From an uncultured Chlamydiae bacterium (GTDB lineage: Bacteria > Chlamydiota > Chlamydiia > Chlamydiales > JAJFMA01), in the NCBI GenBank assembly GCA_945957095.1, contig CAMFKD010000003.1, positions 1 through 32,400 on the forward strand: 32,400 nt of DNA. The letters run 5' to 3'. The notes beneath the pieces were generated by a model. The model had not been told where the DNA came from, made no database searches, and worked only from the letters and a program-made list of their open reading frames with translations. Below, piece after piece: positions 11,097 to 19,372 of this stretch (the stretch's first letter is position 1; each line of letters begins with the position of its first letter). A program made the position numbers and the translations under genes.

Positions 11097-11665
11097 AGGT
11101 CTTATTTACATTGGTTGTTATGCTATTCGTACCCAATCTGATAGCTCAAGATTGGCCTGAAACACAAATCGAGCAATCTCGAAAGATAGTAGGACTCGTA
11201 CAGCAAAAGACCAGTAAGAGGTTAGCTCAAAAGTACCATCTATCAGCAGTTGGATCGGGTTCTGCCATGTTTGGAGGACCTATCCGTGATATATTTTTGT
11301 CATTTGACTCTATGGGATATGCAAATAGGGCTGATGCTCGACGATTGATTATTGCTTCTATTCAACAAATGATTGAGGCAGCTCATGAAATTTCCACCAT
11401 CGATTCCTACCTTTACTGTCCACCATTCAATGAAAAGAATGTAGAAATCAGCATATTCTTTAAAGACGAACGAGGGGAACGAGTTTACCATCCTCACATT
11501 GGAATCGTTACGTATGTTCTCGGAATCATCTATTACGATACCTACGATCCGAATAGCAAACATTCTCGCTACCAGGAATCCACCAAAGAGACCTACGAGG
11601 AAGCATTAGAAGCCATCAAAAAGGAAGCTGAGGAATACCATCAGAAGCAAATTGACCAAGGTTAA
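11093..11665 (+). CDS. Exported 190-aa protein, candidate RHS immunity protein 1
   Basis: ATGA overlap with the RHS stop; signal peptide MKVLFTLVVMLFVPNLIA; paralog of the next gene. Confidence 0.7.
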   Translation: MKVLFTLVVMLFVPNLIAQDWPETQIEQSRKIVGLVQQKTSKRLAQKYHLSAVGSGSAMFGGPIRDIFLSFDSMGYANRADARRLIIASIQQMIEAAHEISTIDSYLYCPPFNEKNVEISIFFKDERGERVYHPHIGIVTYVLGIIYYDTYDPNSKHSRYQESTKETYEEALEAIKKEAEEYHQKQIDQG

Positions 11666-11693
11666 GCATGATTAACTCCAAACCGTTTCTCTC

Positions 11694-11747
11694 TTTCGCT
11701 GAGCGCAGCGAAGCTTTGGAGTGCTCGAGCTTGCTCGAGCTTTCACT
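11694..11747 (+). repeat. Family A double-hairpin repeat, copy 2
   Basis: TTTCGCTGAGCGCAGCGAAGCTTTGGAGTGCTCGAGCTTGCTCGAGCTTTCACT. Confidence 0.9.
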
Positions 11748-11771
11748 TTTGAGAAGGCTGGGAGGACACAT

Positions 11772-12344
11772 ATGAAAGCTGTTATCTTATTGGTAACATC
11801 ATTATTTGCATTTCCATTGATGGCTCAAGATTGGCCTGAAGCGCGAATCGAGCAAGCTCGAAAGATGGTAGGACTCGTACAGCAAAAAACCTGTAAAAGA
11901 TTGGCCCAAAAGTACCATCTATCAGCAGTTGGATCAGGTTCTGCCATGTTTGGAGGACCTATTCGCGATATTTTTATTTCATTTAAATCAGTAGGCTTTG
12001 CTGATAAAAATGATGCTAGAAGACTGATCGTCGCTTGTGTGAATGAAATGGTCGAAGCAGCTCATGAAATTCCAACAGTTGATCATTATCTCTATTCTCC
12101 ACCATTCACTGAAAAGAATACGGAAATTGCAATTTTCTTTACGGATCAGCGCGGAGCTGAGACCTTTCATCCATACATAGGAGTTGTTAGCTATCTTCTA
12201 GGAGATATCTATTACAGGACCTATAATCCTAATGACAAATATTGCAACTACCAAGAAATAACCAAAGAGACCTACAAGGAAGCACTAGAAGCTATCAGAA
12301 AGGAAACTGAGGAATACCATCAGAAGCAAATTGACCAAGGTTAA
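11772..12344 (+). CDS. Exported 190-aa protein, candidate RHS immunity protein 2 (tandem paralog)
   Basis: GGAGGA RBS then ATG 11772; signal peptide MKAVILLVTSLFAFPLMA; same length as 11093-11665, sharing KRLAQKYHLSAVGSGSAMFGGPIRDIF and EEYHQKQIDQG. Confidence 0.72.
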   Translation: MKAVILLVTSLFAFPLMAQDWPEARIEQARKMVGLVQQKTCKRLAQKYHLSAVGSGSAMFGGPIRDIFISFKSVGFADKNDARRLIVACVNEMVEAAHEIPTVDHYLYSPPFTEKNTEIAIFFTDQRGAETFHPYIGVVSYLLGDIYYRTYNPNDKYCNYQEITKETYKEALEAIRKETEEYHQKQIDQG

Positions 12345-12372
12345 CCATGGTTAATTCCAAACCGCTCCTCTC

Positions 12373-12424
12373 TTTTGCTGAGCGCAGCGAAGCTTTGGAG
12401 CGCGAGCTTGCTCGAGCTTTCACT
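12373..12424 (+). repeat. Family A double-hairpin repeat, copy 3
   Basis: TTTTGCTGAGCGCAGCGAAGCTTTGGAGCGCGAGCTTGCTCGAGCTTTCACT. Confidence 0.88.
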
Positions 12425-12490
12425 TGTTAGAAAGACTGGAAGGTACAGAGCAGCTTGTCCTGTTTAGAATTTGAGCCATCACAAGCTGCC

Positions 12491-12649
12491 TGTAGCTTTT
12501 CAAAAAGTCCTGCCGCGCTGACCTGCTGTGCTGACCATTCTGGGCGTTTCGCTCCTCAGAAATAGCTGACGCTATTCCCTCGTCACGAAATGCCCAGACC
12601 GCCTCAGCTCGCTAGATCATCACGTGCCAGAACTTTTTGAAAAGTTACA
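12491..12649. mobile_element. 159-bp palindromic MITE-like element (family C, full length)
   Basis: Termini TGTAGCTTTTCAAAAAGT/ACTTTTTGAAAAGTTACA; inner CTGGGCGTTTCG/CGAAATGCCCAG; central AATAGC-TGAC-GCTATT. Confidence 0.7.
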
Positions 12650-12691
12650 AAAAGGAATGGGCGGGTATGCTGCAGAGCTATATCTATAAAA

Positions 12692-13627
12692 CTAGTCTTG
12701 AGAGAGGTAAATCAATTTCTGTCGAAAATCTATGAAAACTTGATGCTTTAATAGGAAATCCACTCCTAACGTAAGCGGAATCGAAATAGGAAGATGATTG
12801 GGAATTTGGCGTAATACGATTGGCCCCAAGTCCACTTCACCTACTACTAAGAAAGGATAATTTACAAAATTATTTGAATCAAAGCAAGATTCGGTTAATG
12901 ACTTTCCGATTAACTCCTTATTGACAAAACTGACACTACAACCGCTATCCACACAGCATCGTACCGTTCCATCAGGTGTTGTCACTTCAAACTCAACTAA
13001 ACCGCGATCAAGCAAGAGAGGAACGCAAGCCCACGTTTTAACAGCATATCCTTGTTGCTCTAATGTTTTGATATCCGAGCAGCAAGCGGCCTCACCGCTT
13101 CTGATATTTAAGAATAAATTAAAACACTCAAAAGGGACCCAACCGAAAAGACCATCGTGTTTGATTTTGGGAGCAGTTCCATCTTTTGTAAACCGATTTT
13201 GGATTGAAATCTCTTTAGGACGTGTTTCAATAATGGCGTCTGTCCACGAAAAACAGCCTAAGCAAACTCTAGATACCTTGTAACGGCTAACGGAATACGC
13301 CGAACCTCTAATATTATACCTTGTACTGACACCTATTTTTTTTTGAAGTGCGAGCCGATCAGAACGATCATCCTGCAAGCTGACAAAGCCATTAAAACCT
13401 AAGTCCAACAAAAGAGTATAGAACTTACCATCTATTACAGTATCAATGTAAATATCATTATTATCCGTTAACATAACAGGAATATACTTGAAATATGCAC
13501 TTTCACAATGTTCGGTAGAAATCGGAGGTGCAGAAACAACAAGATCATCTGTCGAATAGAGGAGAAAGGATATGCATCCAAAAACTAATAATACGATAGA
13601 ACCGACTTGGCGTATTCTTTTGGTCAT
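12692..13627 (-). CDS. Two-domain retropepsin-like aspartyl protease with N-terminal signal/TM
   Basis: Two retropepsin halves: IDG..LLLDLG...GLFG and VDSGCS.SFV...LTLGVDFL...IDF; hydrophobic N-terminus. Confidence 0.8.
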   Translation of the reverse strand: MTKRIRQVGSIVLLVFGCISFLLYSTDDLVVSAPPISTEHCESAYFKYIPVMLTDNNDIYIDTVIDGKFYTLLLDLGFNGFVSLQDDRSDRLALQKKIGVSTRYNIRGSAYSVSRYKVSRVCLGCFSWTDAIIETRPKEISIQNRFTKDGTAPKIKHDGLFGWVPFECFNLFLNIRSGEAACCSDIKTLEQQGYAVKTWACVPLLLDRGLVEFEVTTPDGTVRCCVDSGCSVSFVNKELIGKSLTESCFDSNNFVNYPFLVVGEVDLGPIVLRQIPNHLPISIPLTLGVDFLLKHQVFIDFRQKLIYLSQD

Positions 13628-13690
13628 AACTCAACATCATATAACGCGCGTTTAACGCTTGGTTTCGTCATATTTTCCAAGCTGTTCGTC

Positions 13691-13751
13691 AGCTTCTCAA
13701 AAAATCATACCACACTGACCTGTTGTGCTGGCCATGATTTTTTGAGAAGCT
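13691..13751. repeat. Internally deleted family C palindrome
   Basis: Perfect 18-bp IR AGCTTCTCAAAAAATCAT/ATGATTTTTTGAGAAGCT; the first 45 bp align ungapped with 12494-12538. Confidence 0.75.
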
Positions 13752-13795
13752 ATGACTATCTTTTCTTAAAGTGTCTTTGGGGAATAAAAATAATA

Positions 13796-14224
13796 TTATC
13801 TCTTACCACCTCGAACACCAGCTTTCCCAGACCCATCTTCTGCCTGTCTTATTTCTCCCTCAATATAGTATCCATCATCATCATGTACCTCACCGCGACC
13901 ATAGAAGCTCCCACTTCCATCATCATCTTTTGCACCCCAGGAATACTCGTATCCAAACTCCCAGCTGGTTCCGCTTTCAGCGTTAAGCGATGGCGCAATA
14001 GACCGATTGGCGGCGATCTGAGACATCTTGTGATCTAATCGAGATGGAATACGTTCGTCTAGTCTATATGAAGGCGAATTGTAAAATAGAAGATGCGAAG
14101 GTGGAGAGAAAATAGCCTCATGATAAGCTGAATCGGATGAATTGGTCATACCATCTGTCAAAGGCAACTCGTTCCACCCATAATCTACAGCTACTCCTGA
14201 ATCAAAACTAACGTCATCGCACAT
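13796..14224 (-). CDS. Hypothetical 142-aa acidic/Gly-rich protein
   Basis: Strong AGGAGGT RBS; C-terminal half has an alternating beta-strand-like pattern; co-oriented upstream of the protease. Confidence 0.65.
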   Translation of the reverse strand: MCDDVSFDSGVAVDYGWNELPLTDGMTNSSDSAYHEAIFSPPSHLLFYNSPSYRLDERIPSRLDHKMSQIAANRSIAPSLNAESGTSWEFGYEYSWGAKDDDGSGSFYGRGEVHDDDGYYIEGEIRQAEDGSGKAGVRGGKR

Positions 14225-14495
14225 ACCGACCTCCTATTTGTTTGGATTGATAGTAAAAGGTTCTCTATATATGTAGAGAAGTATTTCATATAAGTCAATA
14301 TTTATTCGAAAATCTACAGCGCTGATCGCATTGGAATCACGTCCTGAATTACTCTACAACCAGTTGTCTACATTAAATTCACTAGAAAGATCGAGCGAGG
14401 ACTATCACTCCGCCGGTTAGTTGACATTACAGGCGCACTATCGCCGCTACCGCGGCTAAAGAACTTCAAAGTGTCGCTGCGAGGCTAGGGGTAAG

Positions 14496-14556
14496 AGTTT
14501 CGCTGTAGTCGGCGAAGAGGAAAATGAAGTAAAAGCGTCTCTGCGGTCGACGAAAG
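14496..14556 (-). repeat. Two degenerate family A half units
   Basis: Minus strand TTTCGTCGACCGCAGAGACGCT and CTTCGCCGACTACAGCGAAACT, 16/22 and 17/22 identical to CTTCGCTGAGCGCAGCGAAGCT, just after the stop at 14570. Confidence 0.5.
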
Positions 14557-14569
14557 GGGAGAAGGTTTG

Positions 14570-16567
14570 TTAGGAGTTGGTTGTCGGAGGCATAAGAAGA
14601 AGAGGAGTCGATGGTGGGGTTGTGGAGGCGGGACTACCAATTAGCCCTAAGGGTGGTCCAGCAGGCGATAGCATCAATGGGCCACTTTGGAGAGGCTGCT
14701 GCTGAGCTGCCTGAAGGAGACGTTCGCGGAACTCCCATATAAGAGTAATGAGCTCAGATCGTTTATCCTCCAGTTCCACACCAGCTTGTCTCATACCTAG
14801 GCCAGTAATAGGAGAATTATTGAATAACCTCACAAACTTGCCCATCAGAGCGGTGAAGCTATCACTGGTTCCATTTAGGCATGACCAGGAATCTGGTTTG
14901 GATCCTTTGTATCGATCCAACACCTGGTCAAAGGCTAGATGAGACATGTCTACAAGTTGTTTTTTGGTAATAGGGGTTGTACGATTGATGAGGTCGCTTA
15001 AGACTAGATAGATGGCCCAAGGGAAGACCTCTTCGATCCAAAGCCTCATGACAAGCTTGCTCTTAGCTTTGATGAACTCGTTTCCAACGATTGGTGTCAG
15101 ATAGGCTAATATCTGACTTGTAGGCCACATAGAAAAGTCAATCGGAGTGGTCGCAAAATCCAACTGCCATTTCAATTCCATCTGCTCCTGCGTCAATTGT
15201 TGGATGTGCTGGTCTTGGCTACTTCGCTGATCCTGGCTTTGCTGCAACTCTTGCCGCGCTTGATCAAGAGCTCGACTTAACTCTTCATTAGTTTTTTCGA
15301 CAACCGCCATGTCAGAGGCCGCAGCTTGCAAGTCCTGATACAGCTGAAGCGCCACTCCCGCAATGGTTGGAGTTGTAGTAGTCGCACTCTGTAAAGCAAG
15401 CACCGTGTTGGCAGGCGAACTAGTTGATGGAGACGATGATGGCAGTGGTAATGGAGTCGAAGGATGAGAAGAAGCAGATGTAGTGCTATCCTCACGGTGG
15501 CAGTAGGACTTCACGCACTGGACAATGGCGAAAAGCGCGATTATCGCAACAGCTATCCCAGCAACAAAAAATGATATGTTGTCTCCCACATAATCAGGAA
15601 CCACTGGCGGAGTATAGTTCGCAAAATTCTGCCGCACAAGGCCTACAAGACGCACATTGCGATCAACAAGTGCTAAACTCGAATTCGGCGAGGGTAACGA
15701 ACGATCGTACACCGACTCATGGACCTTCCACTTGATCTGAGCTAAAATGGGATAGCCACTTGCATTGGTGACCATCGGCGATTCATGTGGTAAACAGATG
15801 GGCTCACAGGGTATCTTGTCAGGATCAGGTAAGGCATATCTATAACGGTCAATGAACCGCTTCGCGATCACACCACCAACTCCTGCACCTACAAGACCAG
15901 CCATCCCAACAAGCATCTTGATTCTGAACATGGCTTCAGGAAACATCTCCGTCAACTTATCGTCCAACTGCCCTACTTTCCTGGCTACTCCCAATCCAAC
16001 ACGTCCAGGAAACAACACCACAGAAGCAAGTCGCTGTGGCCATACTTTAGGCTGTGTCAGTACTGTTCCTGCCTTAATCATCGGCTTCATAATTGGCGGT
16101 AAGGGGTTCTCGATATCACGTTCGTTCACAGGTTCAGGCAACACAACCCATGCGTCGCACAGATGCAGGGTATCACAGATCCACGCACTGACAGTATGAG
16201 GAAAAGTAATGGCAAAGGGAATCGTTACAGTAACCGCAATAGCAGCCGAAAGATAGGCCAAAGCACGCAACATATGCAGTATGGTCTTTTCAAGCGAATC
16301 AATGTGTGGAAAAAGTCTTGGCATGCCGACAAGACGGGAGAGGCTCTTAACAATCGCCATGGGCAGTGTCACCACCGCAAAGAAAAACTGACGACCAAAA
16401 TCCGCTAAACACTTGGCCGGCAATGTTAACACTACAGAAGCTGCTGTGACGCGGCTGACAATCCCTCCCGCTTCCTCCAACAGCTGAATCCTCTTAACGT
16501 CAGAAACCGTCCAAGAGGCATTCAAATCGAAAGAAGAATCAGCTGTTCGTGTGATCACACTCATCAC
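14570..16567 (-). CDS. Multi-pass membrane, coiled-coil protein; Inc/effector-like orphan
   Basis: Hydrophobic segments at about aa 60-75, 100-122, 218-235 and 333-351; S/T/P-rich linker; Q/E-rich coiled coil at about aa 410-470; Pro-rich tail. Confidence 0.75.
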   Translation of the reverse strand: MMSVITRTADSSFDLNASWTVSDVKRIQLLEEAGGIVSRVTAASVVLTLPAKCLADFGRQFFFAVVTLPMAIVKSLSRLVGMPRLFPHIDSLEKTILHMLRALAYLSAAIAVTVTIPFAITFPHTVSAWICDTLHLCDAWVVLPEPVNERDIENPLPPIMKPMIKAGTVLTQPKVWPQRLASVVLFPGRVGLGVARKVGQLDDKLTEMFPEAMFRIKMLVGMAGLVGAGVGGVIAKRFIDRYRYALPDPDKIPCEPICLPHESPMVTNASGYPILAQIKWKVHESVYDRSLPSPNSSLALVDRNVRLVGLVRQNFANYTPPVVPDYVGDNISFFVAGIAVAIIALFAIVQCVKSYCHREDSTTSASSHPSTPLPLPSSSPSTSSPANTVLALQSATTTTPTIAGVALQLYQDLQAAASDMAVVEKTNEELSRALDQARQELQQSQDQRSSQDQHIQQLTQEQMELKWQLDFATTPIDFSMWPTSQILAYLTPIVGNEFIKAKSKLVMRLWIEEVFPWAIYLVLSDLINRTTPITKKQLVDMSHLAFDQVLDRYKGSKPDSWSCLNGTSDSFTALMGKFVRLFNNSPITGLGMRQAGVELEDKRSELITLIWEFRERLLQAAQQQPLQSGPLMLSPAGPPLGLIGSPASTTPPSTPLLLMPPTTNS

Positions 16568-16781
16568 CCCTCGTACACCGATGAGATAGGCGTTAAAAAC
16601 GTCATCATCGTGTTAACTGAACGTTTTAATATATCAATTAAAGGATTTATAGAGAAATGGAATTCGAGAAAAAATTCGAAAGAGTTGTCGTAGCATATTT
16701 TTAGGGTGTTTTTCCATCTTGTTGAGAACTGCAGAACCGACTTGGTTTTTCTATCTATTCTGTTGCTTCAGGTTCGTCAAA

Positions 16782-16827
16782 AAGTGAAAGCTCGAGCACT
16801 CCACAGCCTCGCTCCGCTAGGCGAAGA
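16782..16827 (-). repeat. Family A repeat, copy 4 (second hairpin collapsed)
   Basis: Minus strand TCTTCGCCTAGCGGAGCGAGGCTGTGGAGTGCTCGAGCTTTCACTT. Confidence 0.8.
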
Positions 16828-16893
16828 AAAAGGTAAAGGCGTCAGTAGATTTGGCGAAGAAGGCAATTATGCTTAACAAGTTAGACTTTTCTG

Positions 16894-16922
16894 TTGTCAA
16901 TAAAGCCATCATTTAATAGAAT
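16894..16922 (+). promoter_or_regulatory. Putative sigma70/sigma66 promoter
   Basis: TTGTCA-17 bp-TAGAAT upstream of the AGGAG RBS and ATG 16984. Confidence 0.6.
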
Positions 16923-16983
16923 AACCCCCCTAATAAACATTTATCATTATCGCAACACATTAACGACACTGTAGGAGATCGAG

Positions 16984-19149
16984 ATGTCCTGGTTTTCTGG
17001 TTTTGGTTTGTTTGGTAGTTCCCGCGCAGAGCCCACTTTGGGAGGATTCACAGCAAACCAGCTGTATAACCTGGGCATCACAACAAAGAGTTTAATGGAG
17101 GGAAAATCAAAGCCTTACCAACAAGGGGAATTTCATTCAGAAACACTAGAGAAGTGGAAAACGGTCTTCAATGCTGTTATTGAGCAAATGAAAGACATTG
17201 TCACCGACAATCGATTGAAAAATCCCCGTTTCTACGGTACGGTGATGAGGCTGTTTCTGCACGACATTCCTAGCTTTGATGCTTTTATGAGAGGATCCTC
17301 CGATCATTCCGGATTATCTGACAGCGAAGATTTTAGTGAAGAAGAATCCTATAATAAAAATGCAAATGCTGCCCTTATTTATGCTACCGGACAAGAATGG
17401 TTGAGCAAACAGACCGACATAAAGATTCCGTCGTTAACGGGAGCCGAAAGCTCTTCATCGACTCCGGACGAATTTGACAGTTTGCTAGAACAGATAAATC
17501 AGGAGCTCGATGCCTATGACAAACAACTTAAACAATACAATAAGGCTCTCAAAAATACTTCTTCGACAGCAACAACTTCGACACCCTCAACACCAGTGAA
17601 ACCTAGTCTGCCAGAAACACTGACTCAAGCTGTGGATCGACTTATCCCCCAACTAGATGCTGTCCTTGCTCCACTCGATGTCCTCGAAAAAAATAGTCTG
17701 CTGCGTTCACGCGACTTGGCCGAAGCATTGCTATTATTATGCGAAGTTCCTGAGTTTCAACAGTACCTTAATAGCTCAGCTCAAAATCTAGCTTGGCTAG
17801 TCACCTACACGGCAGGGGCACAGAAAAACGACGAGCAAGAGTACTACGCGGATGATCTTCATTTAAGCGAAAGCGATGTTAGTGATCATGAAGGTCTTGG
17901 CGGAAACACTACGCCCATTTCATCGCCGGTAAAAAAAGCTCAACGAACACCCACACCACGTTCTACAAGCAATTTTGGATCGGTGAGCCGCTCTGCAGAC
18001 TCTGGACTACCTGGTCGTAGTCCGCTGGCAAAGATAAAAAGCAATACGACCGTACTATCACCTGATGGTGGCCCACCTTCTCCACTCTCTTTATTGCCAA
18101 CACCAAATCGTGGATTTCCTGGCAGCTCACAAAGAAGATTGAGAGGTGGTATGAGAGGAGCTGCGCCAACAAATCAAGATGTGATATTGGACAATATCCA
18201 GAAGCAACTGTCATCGATTCAACGATCACTTAGTTTTAGAAAACAGCCAATAGATTCGCATCAACCTCTTCTAGAGGGCATAGAGGGAATAAAACGGTTA
18301 GTCGCTGAATATAAAGAGGCAGCTGCTCAAGAGTTAGCAACAGCCCAAGACCGAGCGAGAACAGGCTCTGCTACCATTGAAAAGCTTCCTGAAGATATTT
18401 CTGAGGCTCTCACAAGAGTGCTTCAAAGCAGCGCTGATCTAGCGCAGTTTCGAGCTATCTTGACGTCAATAGGCGCCATCTCTGCACAGATAGGGCAAAC
18501 GCCTTCAACAACCACTTCTACTAGCTCAGGGCTGTCATTATCAGCGGTTCTCCAGGATCTTAAGCAGAGCGTTGAAGGTTTGGCGATAGAGGCTCTACAA
18601 TTGTCTTTGACTACTGGAATAGGGGAACTGAAAAGTTTGATTGAAACAAAGAGCAGCGAAACGGCCACTGCGATCGCAACGCTAGGAACGAGGCTTGATA
18701 CACTCGCATCTTCGCAACAAATGCTACAGGTACTACAGATTCTAGGAAGCGAGCCCACAACGACCGGTTCTTCTTCCCATTCAGGCTCTCAATCCACAGT
18801 TGTGGCGCTCCTAAGACAGTTGTTGGCTAGGATTCCGCAGGAGACAGAGGCAGCTCAGATAATCAGCTCCCCCAATTCAGATAGCGAGGTGGCTAATCTG
18901 TTGAAAGCATTGACTACTCGTTTGGAGAGCATTGAAAGAATGCTAAGTCCTGCCACGGCAGTTCGTCAATTTAGCATACAAAGTAGTGGGGATGGGAGCG
19001 ATTTAGAGCTACAACCTTTATTGCCAAGCCAACAGTCTTCTGTGCAACCCGTGTCATTAAGGTGGACTAATATCTGGCTAGGTATCCTAACGGTAGGGGT
19101 GATAGGTGGATTCGTCGCTCTCGGCGTTATGAGCAGAAGCAAGTCATAA
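16984..19149 (+). CDS. S/T/P-rich coiled-coil protein with a single C-terminal TM (tail-anchored effector candidate)
   Basis: AGGAG RBS; no signal peptide; low-complexity middle; terminal IWLGILTVGVIGGFVALGVM followed by SRSKS and stop. Confidence 0.78.
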   Translation: MSWFSGFGLFGSSRAEPTLGGFTANQLYNLGITTKSLMEGKSKPYQQGEFHSETLEKWKTVFNAVIEQMKDIVTDNRLKNPRFYGTVMRLFLHDIPSFDAFMRGSSDHSGLSDSEDFSEEESYNKNANAALIYATGQEWLSKQTDIKIPSLTGAESSSSTPDEFDSLLEQINQELDAYDKQLKQYNKALKNTSSTATTSTPSTPVKPSLPETLTQAVDRLIPQLDAVLAPLDVLEKNSLLRSRDLAEALLLLCEVPEFQQYLNSSAQNLAWLVTYTAGAQKNDEQEYYADDLHLSESDVSDHEGLGGNTTPISSPVKKAQRTPTPRSTSNFGSVSRSADSGLPGRSPLAKIKSNTTVLSPDGGPPSPLSLLPTPNRGFPGSSQRRLRGGMRGAAPTNQDVILDNIQKQLSSIQRSLSFRKQPIDSHQPLLEGIEGIKRLVAEYKEAAAQELATAQDRARTGSATIEKLPEDISEALTRVLQSSADLAQFRAILTSIGAISAQIGQTPSTTTSTSSGLSLSAVLQDLKQSVEGLAIEALQLSLTTGIGELKSLIETKSSETATAIATLGTRLDTLASSQQMLQVLQILGSEPTTTGSSSHSGSQSTVVALLRQLLARIPQETEAAQIISSPNSDSEVANLLKALTTRLESIERMLSPATAVRQFSIQSSGDGSDLELQPLLPSQQSSVQPVSLRWTNIWLGILTVGVIGGFVALGVMSRSKS

Positions 19150-19180
19150 AGATCAGCAGATATTCACAACTTTTGCATCT

Positions 19181-19238
19181 TCTTCGCTGAGCGCAGCGAA
19201 GCTGTGAAGCGCGAGCTTGCTCGCGCTTTTTCTTTTTT
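19181..19238 (+). repeat. Family A repeat, copy 5; terminator-like
   Basis: CTTCGCT-GAGCGC-AGCGAAG, then AAGCGCGAG-CTTG-CTCGCGCTT followed by a T-rich run. Confidence 0.85.
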
Positions 19239-19282
19239 GGGAGTGTGGAAAGGCAGATAACACTTTATCGACCCACAGACTT

Positions 19283-19336
19283 CCTAATTCTTTGCGCGAA
19301 GCGCCTTAGAGTGCGGCGCTTCGCGCAAGAATTAGG
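19283..19336. repeat. 22-bp-stem hairpin between convergent genes
   Basis: CCTAATTCTTTGCGCGAAGCGCC-9 nt-GGCGCTTCGCGCAAGAATTAGG (one bulged T). Confidence 0.8.
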
Positions 19337-19372
19337 GATGGTGATGTTTTGCCTGAGGTCAGCTAGCAAGCC

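Noticed and set aside
11721-11771. 17-aa N-terminal extension of the second immunity-like gene
   Set aside because: The GTG lies inside the family A repeat; ATG 11772 has an RBS and gives the same length and signal peptide layout as the paralog.
13607-14038. 143-aa plus-strand hydrophobic ORF
   Set aside because: Antisense to the 142-aa gene that has a strong RBS, and it crosses a palindromic repeat.
14390-14495. Possible ncRNA in a GC-rich intergenic stretch
   Set aside because: No tRNA or known RNA motif and no convincing long stem; the adjacent part is explained by degenerate family A units.
17830-17890. FFAT (VAP-binding) motif in the 721-aa protein (DEQEYYADD)
   Set aside because: Acidic context with paired aromatics, but the core departs from EFFDAxE; too weak to claim.
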